From the human T2T-CHM13v2.0 reference genome, Homo sapiens: DNA of 64,000 nt. The notes under the pieces were generated by a model. The model worked only from the letters and a program-made list of their open reading frames with translations, was not told where the DNA came from and ran no database searches. A program made the position numbers and the translations under genes. Of this stretch, positions 50,861 to 64,000 are shown one piece after another. The stretch lies in NCBI RefSeq assembly GCF_009914755.1, contig NC_060925.1; one strand, given 5' to 3'. Within the stretch, counting starts at the first letter, position 1; each line of letters begins with the position of its first letter.

Positions 50861-53800
50861 TAAGTAAAGCTGATCATTGTATTAATCATTTCACTTATAT
50901 TTATGGACTGATCATGGTAGTCAGGCCCTGAGAAATAAAACAGAGCTCATAACCTGGCGGTTCGAATGATAAAGAAGTGTTGGAAAAGCTGGAACAGACA
51001 GATTTCTTACCCAACCTCCTCTGGTCATATCTCTCTCTTGCGTAAAGATAATCCTTCTGGAATCATCATCAAACAGGGACTCCTCAGGACTAAAGATAAA
51101 GGGCCACAGATCTGAGGAGCCACTATACAGACACATGCTCAGATATAATCTGAAAAGTGCAATGCAGAGGTGTATGTAGAAAATAGTGGGAGTACAGAGA
51201 ATGGATCCTAACCAGAGGAATCACCTGACCCCAACTTTAAAGAATAAGTAGGCTCTGGGTTAGGTTAGAAATCAATTGACCTATGTGCATTAACCCCCTT
51301 CTTTGAGGAATCCGGGGCACAGAGACAAGTGAGGTAGGGACCAGAGGTATGAGGAAGCCAAAATTATGTATTTAGATAACAGAAATCCAGAAAGATTTTT
51401 TTAAAAGGCACATGATGGGCCACCAAACATAAGTGCCAGAAGCGAATATTAAATACAAGGTAAAAGTCCAGAAATCCAGATTGATGGGCACAAGAACAAC
51501 ATAGAGTGGTGAAGGTAAGAACAAAAGAGGCAAAGATATTGAATAGTTTTGCAGAACAGGCACTAATGTTAAGGATTGCTTTGACAGGTAGACTGGAGAT
51601 TGGGGCTGGTCCAACTAAGAGGAGAAGGCTCAGAAAAGACTCAGCCTACCTATGGCTATACTTACCTATTGTCCTGGGGCCGTCAGCCAGGAGAGCTGCA
51701 TTCTGGATCTTAGTTCCACCTAAATACAGTTTGCTTCTTTTTATCCAATGTGGATATAGAAAGCAATGCGAGGAAAGATGGGAGAAAAGAGAAGCCAGAA
51801 ATAGAGAAAGAGGATTAAGTGTGTAAAAGATATGAAGGAGAGAGGAAAAACAATTTTTATAAAGGTATAAGGGGAAGAAAGTTAAAAAATAAAACAAGAA
51901 AGAAAGGAACTTTCCAGCCCTTATTAGGTTTGAGTGCTAGTGGTTATTTAAGTGGTCCCTTTGGATGGGTAGACACGTTGAACATTTCACTTCTGCTTTG
52001 TTTATATTTATAAACCATAAAGTCAAGCTCAGATTTCTGCTAGAAAAGCACTTTTAGAAGGCAGTGAGATCTTATCTTTCATTTTCTATAGATCAGTTTC
52101 ACAGCCTCTTGAAGTACTTATAGTTTTAATACATAACCATAAATGCCCCCTAAACAAGGAATATTGCACCTTTCGATTACTATTATTGCTTTATTGCTCA
52201 TCACAGCCATAAATTAGCAACATCCTCCGGCATACTGAAAGAGCACTGAATTAGGTTACAACACGAATACACAAGAACCTATTAAAGTTTTGCTATTTCT
52301 TGAAAGTCTTTATAGTTTTCTAGTGTGCCCCATAAGTGTTTCAATTAAAGAACTACTTGCCTGCTCAGTAATAGCCTTCTTGTTTGAGATAGGATTGCAT
52401 ATCAGAAAAGCAAGATTAAAAGAAGGAAAATGGAATATAAAACATTAAAAATGAAATTGCTATAAAAAGGAAGGCAAGAGTTTAAATTACGCATATTAAA
52501 GCTATTTCAACCATTTAACTCTATTTGATACAAGCTGATGTACATACATATATTTCTATATCAAGTCTATAGCTAAAATTGTGTGTATGCATGCATTTAC
52601 ATACTTTATTCTCTCAATGACTCTAGTGCCATCTGACATTTTTATTGGAGTTCTTGACCACATGACCAATTATTGAAAAGTTATAACCAACAAGATGAGG
52701 ACAATTATGTTGTTTATGATGATATAACAGCTTGGAGCTACATACCACGTAGAATATCATGATTACAAATCAAATACAATACAAGAGAAAAATTATTGAG
52801 AGCCAGGAGATCTACACCTTGATTATAGCTCTGCTAGTAATCTCTGTAAATAAGATATTTATCTTTCAGTTCTAGGTTTCCTTGGGCACCAATAAGTTGA
52901 TAACATGTGAAGTATTCATTTTAAATATGTATCAAGTAACTACTAGGCATTATGGGAAATTTAAATGACTAAAAATTACATTGCTTATCCTCAAGGGGCT
53001 AATAGTTTATTTGGGGGTAAGAAAAACATACATTTGGGTATATGCAATGCAAATGGTACTGTTTCTAGCTAGTATGTAAAAAGTCACAAAGGACTATCAC
53101 TCCTACATTAACAAGGAGAACAAGGTACATATGCTACAAAAACATAGCTTGTGTGTGTTTGTGTGTGGGAGGGCTGTGGTTAAACACATTGAAGTGCTGA
53201 GAATGCAAAGCAACCTCCTCAAAGTGATGACAAAAGGGTCCCACAATGGCTCTCATGCCTGGTGGAATGATAGTCATGATCGTCTTCCTCTCGTCTTAAT
53301 AATGAGAATAAGCCAGATAAGCCACAAAATTCGTGGGTTTTCTCCAGTCCATTAGAGAGACAAGAATGCAAAAAATACAAGAAAGGAAAAAAAACCCCAC
53401 AAAATTTCAGAAGTTGGCAAGCTCTTTTTAAGAGAGAAGGAACCGATTTCATTTCCGGTAGAGCAGCAGGATGAGGAAGAATCCACAAGAAATAGAGATA
53501 CAAAGAAACAAGTCAAACTTTTAGCAAATGTTTAACTTTCTCTTGAGCCTTCATTGCATATGAGGGGAAATATTCTAAAAGATTAGGGCAAGGCAGGAAA
53601 GCTGAGAGTGGTCCTTCATTTTAGGCATGCAAGACCATCTTCAGGAATACTGCAGCAACCTTCAGAACAATGTGGACAGAAAAAGTGACCTGATAAAAAT
53701 GCCTCCAAGGCATCTGACCTATACAGTATGTAAGATAGCTTCTCTTCAAAGGCTAGTGTAAGGATAGCTGAGTGGAAATAGATCTTCCAAGGTACAGTGA

Positions 53801-54819
53801 TCTGAGGGTGAGACTGGAGACCAAAGACAACACCCTAGTCACCCAAAAAGGCTGGCAGCTTTCCTGAAAATGAAATTTTCTCAAGGTTCAGAAAGCTGGC
53901 AATGAAATACAGTTTCTTAAGAGCTCAGATACTAAGTTTGCCAGAATTGTAGTCCTGATTCTGCTCTCAAAACATTTGAAGTTAGTGGTAAACTAAATCT
54001 AAGTTGCAACAAAGGCCAAACCCAGACCAACTAGAGATTAAATTAGCTTAATCATCACAAACTGCAGTCTACCAGAAAAATAGAATGTCCAATTGGGGAG
54101 ATAATATGTACTTCAGTCTCTACTGTTCTTTTACATATAATTCATGCATACCATTTAACAATGCACAGAGAGGCAGGAAAATGAAATTCCCTAGTCAAGA
54201 GAGAAACAAAGAATAGAAGTAGACCCAGTGAGTACTTAGATATTGAAATCACAAAAAGGACTTTAAGATATACATAGACAAATATTTTAATGAATCTAGG
54301 AGAGAAGTTGGACATATACTCTAAAAGATGGAGAATTTCACCAGAGAGATAGAGACCATGAAAAGAGACAAGTGGGTCTACAGAGGCTTCCTCTCTAGTG
54401 TTCAGCTAAGTAATAATCAGCACATGTATATGAGAAAGTTACCTAAGTGTATTTGTCAAGGTTCCCCACAGAAACAGGCTGAGATCATCTGAAAGAGGCA
54501 AAGCTATCAATCTCTGGAACTTCCACAGAGCCAACACAAGATTATGCTCTTATTATCCAGAGAGCAAAAAATCTTCATAAGTTGTGTCACTCCAGTAGAA
54601 TACTCAAAAGGGTATTACCTCCATAGTAGGGCAAAATTAAGCTTAAAGGGCTCTGTGATCTCAACTATCAAACTTATAAATAAGTCTTGAAATAATCAGT
54701 TTACAAGAAACTTAACTGTACCCTAGAGAAAAATTTAAGAATATTTATAAGAATTCAATAAGATATTCAAAAGGTAAATTGTTACAATTAAAATTCCAAT
54801 TAAAAAAGTCCCGCCATAT

Positions 54820-55494
<675 letters not shown>

Positions 55495-55974
55495 TCATAA
55501 TGAGGAGAGAATGCAATCAATAGAAACAGACAGAAATGATATGGATGATAAAATCAATAGGCAAAGGCATTAAAAGTTATAACTATTACCTATATGTTTA
55601 AAAAGATATAGAAATATTTAAACATGTTAGGAGAGATAAAGATATAAGAAGGAAAAAATCAAGTTTCAAAAGATTCTTTTAAAGTCTGAAATTAAAAATA
55701 CACTAGATGGGATTAATAGCAAATTAGAAATTGCAGAAGAAAAGATTAGTAAACTTGAAGATGTAGCAATAGAAATTATACAAAATGAAATACAAAGAAA
55801 AAAAGCCTGAAAAGGGGAACAGAGCATGAGGGATCTGGGAGACAACCTCAAGTGGCCTAATTTATGTGTAATTGGAATCATCTAAGGGGAGTAAGGGATG
55901 TACAGAAGAATATTTGAAGAAACGATGATCAATATTTTTCCATTTGACAAAAACTATAAACCCACAGATCTAAA

Positions 55975-56509
55975 TGAGGCAGGATAGGTAGTCAAGCAAG
56001 TAATCATTTCCTTGGGACATGGCAAATGTGGCAACCACGTTATCAACACAAAGAGTTCCAGCGCTCACACATTATAGTCAAGCTCATCCAAGTAGGACTT
56101 GTCCTCAGACTGATCCTTTGCTGATTATAATAGTAAAAAACATACCCACCGGGTGCAGATTTAAAATGCTAATAAGACATGTGATGTATAAACAAGCATG
56201 TACAGCAACTGAGCGTATGCACCCAGAGGACCACCCCAAACATACTTACTAGTAACACCTCCTCTCTCTTCCTTATGAATAACCATTTAAGACCCCAATA
56301 AAGGGAGTCTCCTCAGAGCCAGTCTTTGCTAACTTACCTCTTGAGCAGCCCTAACTTATCTTTTCAAATGTATCTTCACTTAGCTTTAGAGTGTTCTTTC
56401 TCTTTTGCAATAAACTGCTTTCTACTATTTTTCTACTGCAGTGTGTCTCTTATTTAAATTAGTTTAAACTAAGAAAACAAGAACCAAGGACTCTCAATCA
56501 CTGTCAACA
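55975..56509 (+). mobile_element. ERV1 solo LTR (MER66-like)
   Basis: tgaggcaggataggtagtcaag...aataaac...gtcaaca, TG...CA termini, interrupting L1 ORF1. Confidence 0.7.
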
Positions 56510-57768
56510 TTAGAAGGTGGACAAAAGTAGCACAATAATTATGAAGAAAACTACACCAAGGAACAAGGCAATCACATTACTTAAAACCAGCAATAAAGGG
56601 AAAATCTTAAAAGCAGTTTGGAAAAAGACACACATGAACAGAAGAATTATAGTAAGGATAAAATAACATATCCTGTCAGTAAAAAGCAAGCCAGAAAATA
56701 GTGAACAGAAGCTTTAAAATACTAAAAGAAAAATTTGTCAACCTAGAAATCTCTGCCCAGAATAAATATTTTACAAATGTGAAGGTAAAATATATTTTTT
56801 AGCCGAAAAGTCTGAAAGAAGTAGTTGGTAGCAAAACTTCCATTATATGCAATTTTTAAACAAGTTTTAGGGTGCTGCTAAAGCAGTGCTGAGGGTAAGA
56901 TTTATACCACTAAATGCTTACAGTTAGCTTTTAGGAAAAAATGTCTCAAATTAATAATCTAAGCTCTCACTTCTAGAAAATAAAAAAGCAGAGCAAAATG
57001 AAACAAAAGCAAGCAAAGAAAAGAAAATAATAAAGAACAGAAATCTATGAAATTAAAAACAGAAAAAAATCCAAGTCCTGTTACTTTGAGATCAAAAATA
57101 TTGGTAAACCTTTAGCCAGACTAATTTGTAAAAAAGACACAAATTATCCAGAAGAGAGAGAACATCACTGCAGATCCTACAGTTAAGAAGACACTAGGGA
57201 AATATTATGAAGAACTTCAATGGCAACAAATTTGGCAATCTAGCTAAAATGAAAAAATTACTTGAAAAACACAAACTACTAAAGCTATCTAAAGATAAAA
57301 TTAGGCGAAAAAAAGACTCCATATTAAAGACATAGAATTTGTAGTTAAAAATCTTACCACCAAGAAAACTTCAGGCCCAGATAAATTCACTAGTAAATTA
57401 TATCAAACATTTAAGAAAAGAGTAATATAAATTCCATACAAATACTTCCAGAAAACTGAAGAAAAATAAAACCTCCCTATGCAGTGAATAAGGCTAGCAC
57501 TTCTCTGACATAAAAATCAGAAAATATAAGTATTATTTAAAAAGAAAACAAAAGACCAATGTTAACAATAACGATAAATGTGAAAATTATTAACAAGTTT
57601 TAGCTAATAGAATCTAACAATATTTTAAAATATAAACTATTGCCAAGTGGGGTCTATCTTTTTATCTTATTAGGAAATATTGGTTGAATTTTTAAAATGT
57701 GATTAATATTACTCACCGTATTAACAAAGTAGAAACAAATGATCATCTCTACAGTTGAAGAGACCATT

Positions 57769-58666
<898 letters not shown>

Positions 58667-59134
58667 CCATTTCACATAATCCATCATTTACGTCTGAAAA
58701 CAAAAAACAAAAGAGCTCTTGGAAAATTTGGAAAATAAAAAAACTTGCCTAACCTGGTAGAAGACATCCCTGAAAGAACTCCATAGCTAACATCACATAA
58801 TTATGAAAGACTTAATTCTTCCTTTTAATATCAGGAAAAAGACAAAGATATCCATAGTCATCAGTATTTTTCAATATTGTACTAAAGTTCTAATCAGTGC
58901 AATAAGATGAAAAAAAAAATAAAATATATCAAAATTAAAAATGAAGAGACTAACACTATCCTCAGCCAACATTTACCTATGTAGAAAATCCTATGGAATC
59001 AACAAAAATGCTATTAGAACTAATAAATGACTTTAGATTGAAATAAATTGATATACCATGTTGTAGAATATCAAGTCCATATAAAAAATACTTAGGGTAA
59101 ATATGACAGGAAATATGTAAGATTTATTACAAGT

Positions 59135-59652
59135 TTCAGCACATTTAGCATTAATCACTAAGTCAGGTGCTCTCTGACCTGCTTCCTCAGAGTTGTTTGG
59201 TGACTGTTGCCTCAAAATCATCGAGATCCTATTACAAGATTATCTTTCCCCTTATCTACTCTATAGATAATATCTTGAACATTATAAAACATTACATTTT
59301 CCATCTGAGACATTCTTTCAGGTCATGCATACCAATGAAACTAATGATGTCAGCTGGTCTGAAGGACCCCACAGGAGCTGACTCACAAAATAATACAGTT
59401 TCCACATCCAGAGTATTTCATCTCCTTTACCCCAACCAATCAATGACCCAAATTTTCTAGTCCCTTGCCCTCCATGATCCTTTTAAAAACTCCAGCCCAG
59501 AAATCCTCAGGGAGCTGATTTAACGGTCTTTTCCCATGACCTCACTCATTGCCCTGTGATCATTAGACTCTTTCTTTGCTGCAAACCTTACTGTCTCAGG
59601 GTAATTGGTCTGTTACTGTGTGATAGGTATATGAACCTGTTGGTCCTATAAC
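59135..59652 (+). mobile_element. ERV1 LTR (MER34-like)
   Basis: gtcagctggtctgaaggacccc...ccccaaccaatca...ctctttctttgctgcaa...ctataaca. 5' boundary uncertain. Confidence 0.65.
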
Positions 59653-60896
59653 AAATTCTCTCCCAAATTAATTTATAGGTTCAATACAATCCCAATCAAA
59701 ATGAACAGCAGGCTTTTTTTCCCTTACAAATTAAAAAAATAGTTTCTGTAAGTTATATGAAAATGTAGTGGGACTACATTGGCAAATCAACTTTCTAAAA
59801 GAACTAAAACAGCTTTAAAAATAACAAGGAAAACCCAATTTAAAATTTTAATACTTATTGTAAAGCTAGAATAATTGATTCTGCATGGTTTGGAAAAACA
59901 AGATATATTCAGCAATGAAACAGGATAGAAAATCAAGTAATAGACACGCATATATGTGGTCAATCGATGTTCAACAAAACTGCCACGGCAATTCAGTAGA
60001 AGAAAAGCAATCTCTTCAAGATACGTTGCTGGAACAATTGGAGAGCCATCTACAAATGAACTTCAATCTTTATCTACCTCAACAAGAAACACAGAATAGA
60101 TGAGAAAACAAATGTGGGAGCTAAAAATGTAAATATTCTAGAAGTAATCAGGATAAAGTCTTAATGATCTTATGTTTAGCAAATATTTCTTAAGAATCAA
60201 AAAACACAAAAAGAAAATTTCAATAAATTGGAATTCATAAAAATGTTAAACATTGCTTTTGAAGGCACTGTTAGTAGCCACAGTCTGGGAGAAAATAGTT
60301 CCAAAATATGTATCTGAGAAATAACTTATATCGAGAAGGCATTAAGAACTGTTACAACTCAAAAATTAGAAGACAAAAATATTTTAAATTTTAAAAATGG
60401 GGAAAGATTTGAATAGACACTTTTCAAAAAAAGATAATTCAAATGGCAAATGAGGTAAAAATGGCAAAAAAATGCTCAACGTCATTAATCATTAGGGAAC
60501 ATGAAACTGAAAATGATTTTTAAAGAAAGGATGTGGTAATTTAATTGAGAAATAAGAACTTTATCTACAAATAATTCTGGAACAACTGGTCCTTCCTAAG
60601 AAAACACAAGAATTTCAACCTTAGCCTCTCCTTGTAAACAAAAACTAATTCAAAATAAAGGATAGACCTAGAAGTAAAAGTAAAATTTTAGAAATTCCAG
60701 AAGAAAACTAATTAGAGAAAGAGTTTTGTGACATGTTACTCAAAAAGTATAAAACATAAAAGTTGGATAAATTGTAATTCATTAAAATAATTAACTGCTC
60801 TTCCAAAGACACCATTAATAAATGGTCAATAAACAAATGAAAATATGCTCAGCATCATTCATCACCTGAAAAATATAAGTTAAAACCACAACCGTG

Positions 60897-61173
60897 GGCT
60901 GGGTGCAGTGGCTGACACCTATAATCCCAGCACTTTGGGAGGCCAAGGTGGGCAGATCACTTGAGGTCAGCAGTTCGAGACCATTCTGGCCAACAGGGGG
61001 AAACCCCATCTCTACTAAAAATGCAAAAGTTAGCCAGGTGTGGTGGTGTATATGTGTGGTCTCTGCTACTCAGGAGGCTGAGGCACAAGAATTGCTTGAA
61101 CCTAAGGTGGAGGTTGCAGTGAGCCAAGATCATGCCACTGCACTCCAGCCTGGGTGATGGAGTAAGACCCTGT

Positions 61174-61222
<49 letters not shown>
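60897..61222 (+). mobile_element. Old Alu (Jb/Sz-like) whose tail is a (CA)23 microsatellite
   Basis: Full two-arm Alu to 61176, then a CA repeat at 61176-61222. Confidence 0.92.
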
Positions 61223-61223
<1 letters not shown>

Positions 61224-61854
61224 ATAAAAACCCCTCACAATGGTATACTATTGTATGCGCATTAGAATGGCTACAATTTTAAAAGACTGGCAAATCTAAT
61301 TGTTGATGAGGTTGTGGAGCAACAAGAATTCACATGCATTATTGGTGGGATTGTAAAGTGGTAAAATCACTTAAAAAAATAAACCGTGAATTTCTAAAAT
61401 GATCACAAATATAAATACCATACAACTCAGCAACCTTATTCTTAGATATATACTCAAGAAAAATATAAACACATATCCACACCAAAATTTCTACTCAAAT
61501 ATTCACAGTGGCTATATTCATAATAGCCCAAAACTAGAAACAACCCAAATGTCCTTCCACTGTAGTATATTCATACAATGGAATACTGCTAAGCAATAAA
61601 AAGGAACCAACAATGAATACTAATGACGACATGGATGCATCTCATAATAATTATACTGTATCTTATTATTAATTATTATATTAATTGTGCTCTGACTTAT
61701 TATTAAGATACAGACAAGAGTACATAAAATTCCCTTTATATGAAACTCTATAAAAGTCAAATAGAGAAAAATCCAAATATTCAAAAGTTTATCCTTTTGA
61801 AAAATTAAAATATTGGTAAACCCCTTGCAAAAATCAGCAATAAAAAACAAAACA

Positions 61855-62167
61855 GGCTGGGCATGGTGGCTTATGCCTGTAATCCCAACACTTCAGGAGG
61901 CCAAGGCAGCCAGATCACTTGAAGTCAAGAGTTCGAGACCAGCCTGGTCAACATGGCGAAACCCAATCTGTACTAAAAATACAAAAAGTAGCCAGGCGTG
62001 GTGGCACATGCCTGTAATCTCAGCTACTCAGGAGGCTGAGGCATGAGAATTGCTTGAACCCGGATGCGGAGGTTACAGTGAGCCAAGATCATGCCACTGC
62101 ACTCTAGCCTGGGCAACAGAGCAAGACTCCATCTCAAAAACAGGCAAAAAAAAAAAAAAAAAAAAAA
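61855..62167 (+). mobile_element. AluS/J, full length
   Basis: Two arms and an A tail. Confidence 0.92.
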
Positions 62168-62362
62168 TTGTCATTCCATATCTGACTCCAGTGACTAATA
62201 CTAATTTTAAGATGGATTATAAATTCCAGCATTAGCTAGAACTCCAAACTTGTAAAAGAAAACAAAACAGAATATCTTTGTAACCTAGAGATAGTTAAAT
62301 AATTTTGTTTTTTAACCACTAACCAGAAAAAAATAAGCAAGCCACAGACTGGAAAAAATATT

Positions 62363-62376
62363 GATAGATAGGTAGG

Positions 62377-62427
<51 letters not shown>

Positions 62428-62466
62428 ATAGATAAATGGATAGATAGATAGATAGATAGATAGACA
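62363..62466. repeat. Compound (GATA)n tetranucleotide STR
   Basis: GATA/GGTA/AATA blocks read directly. Confidence 0.95.
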
Positions 62467-63241
62467 GGACAAAGGACTTGCATAAAGGACATATGGATGT
62501 TCTCAATCTGTTACACATGAATAACAAGAAAAAAAACAACCCAATAGAAAGGTAGACAAAGTACTAAAAAGAAACCCTTTACCAGTGTTGATCACAAGAT
62601 TGATCACCTGGAAAGAGGCTTAGCATCATTAGTTATCAGGAACACACAAATTGAAACCAAAATGAAACACCATTATGTGCGCACAACGTGTCTAAAATAA
62701 AATTTAAAAAATGTCAGTAATACTAAATCTTGGCAAACGTGGAATAATGAAAACTTTTATACATTGCTTATGGCAGAGTAAAATGTTAAAAGCACTTTGG
62801 TTAACTCTTTCTTTTTTTCTGATAATGTTAAGCATAGATCTATTCTATGACCCAGCAACCCACTCCTGTATTACTCAAAAGAATTGAAAACATATGTCTA
62901 CTGAAAGACAAACACAATACTATCATAAAGGCGTTATTCATAATAATTCAATATTGGAAGCAGCTCAAATGTCCATCAACAAGAAAAAAGACAATGGCAT
63001 TGTCATATGTTTAGACAATGAGTGCTATTCATCAATTAAAAAGGAGTGAAATACTGACATACACAACAACATGGATCAATTTCCAAATATTATTTTAAGT
63101 GAAAGAAAGCAGATCCAGAAGGATACAGACTGGATAATCCCATTATAAGAAATCCAAGAATAGGCAAAACTCACTACAATGAGAGCAATAAAAAAGATTT
63201 ACCTCTGGAGGGTGGAGGAATTGATAGAAAAGGGGAAGGAT

Positions 63242-63449
63242 CAGTATTATATGTTAAATGTTTAGAACTAGCTGGGGCGGTGGGTGGGTGAAAGTTTTGA
63301 TTTGTAGCATTTGTTGATTTTTATGCTGTGAATACTTCCAATCTCAAGATATCTAGCTGCCAATGTGATATGACTGAACTAGGAGTTAGGAATGCATGTG
63401 AGCAGTTGACTCCCACAGCCCCAGAGAGCTGGCTCCAGCATGCCACTGG
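63242..63449. mobile_element. MER63-like DNA transposon relic
   Basis: gatttgtagcatttgttgattt...gtgaatacttcca...gagagctggctccagcatgccactgg. Confidence 0.7.
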
Positions 63450-63545
63450 GAGGAGATGAAGAAACATTCGTTGGTAATAGAAACATTCTAATTCTTCTTC
63501 TGGGATGTGGTTATATGGGTATATAAAATTGTCAAAAGTCAACCT

Positions 63546-64000
63546 GGGTGTGGAGCCAAGATGGCCGAACAGGAACAGCTCCGGTCTACAGCTCCCAGCG
63601 TGAGCGATGCAGAAGACAGGTGATTTCTGCATTTCCATCTAAGGTACCAGGTTCATCTCCCTAGGGAGTGCCAGACAGTGGGCGCAGGACAGTGGGTGCA
63701 GCGCACCGTGCGTGAGCCGAAGCAGGGCGAGGCATTGCCTCACTTGGGAAGTGCAAGGGGTCAGGGAGTTCCCTTTCCTAGTCAAAGAAAGGGGTGACAG
63801 ACGCCACCTGGTATATCGGGTCACTCCCACCCTAATACGGCACTTTTCCAACGGGCTTAAAAAATGGCACATCAGGAGATTATATCCCGCACCTGGCTCA
63901 GAGGGTCCTATGCCCACAGAGTCTTGCTGATTGCTAGCACAGCAGTCTGAGATCAAACTGCAAGGTGGCAGCGAGGCTGGGGGAGGGGCGCCCACCATTG
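63546..64000 (+). mobile_element. 5' UTR of a young L1PA (L1PA2/3-like), running off the window
   Basis: ggagccaagatggccgaacaggaacagctccggtctacagctcccagcgtgagcga...; YY1 site caagatggccg at 63557-63567. Confidence 0.96.
63639..63998 (-). other. L1 antisense ORF0-like reading frame (119 aa); coding status unproven
   Basis: MVGAPPPASLPPCSLISDCCASNQQDSVGIGPSEPG matches the N-terminus of primate L1 ORF0. Confidence 0.55.

Overview
Repeat-rich primate DNA, very probably human (it carries a young SVA_E/F-type insertion). It is intergenic or deep-intronic, and I recognise no protein-coding exon. The long ORFs in the track come from CT/GA microsatellites or antisense Alu/SVA/L1 sequence. Recognisable content: an RPS26 processed pseudogene (58.1-58.6 kb, minus) nested in an MST LTR nested in an old L1; a 35-nt tailless U2 snRNA retrocopy with TSDs (34.8 kb); a 5'-truncated SVA inserted into the tail of an AluSc; the 5' UTR of a young L1PA with an ORF0-like antisense frame at the right edge; and many Alu, MIR, L2, MaLR/ERV LTR and MER DNA-transposon relics. 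Repeat subfamily names are from memory of consensus sequences and need RepeatMasker confirmation. The most unusual structures are: (i) a ~187-bp local templated copy of L1 sequence that preserves the pre-Alu empty site and ends in a hairpin-built 30-bp minisatellite; (ii) an AluY whose 168-bp internal segment is tandemly triplicated; (iii) a ~200-bp inverted repeat pair bracketed by two CTCF-like motifs; (iv) a candidate PBX-HOX/MEIS enhancer. I found no convincing new gene-based system. The novelty here lies in mutational and retrotransposition fossils and candidate regulatory elements.
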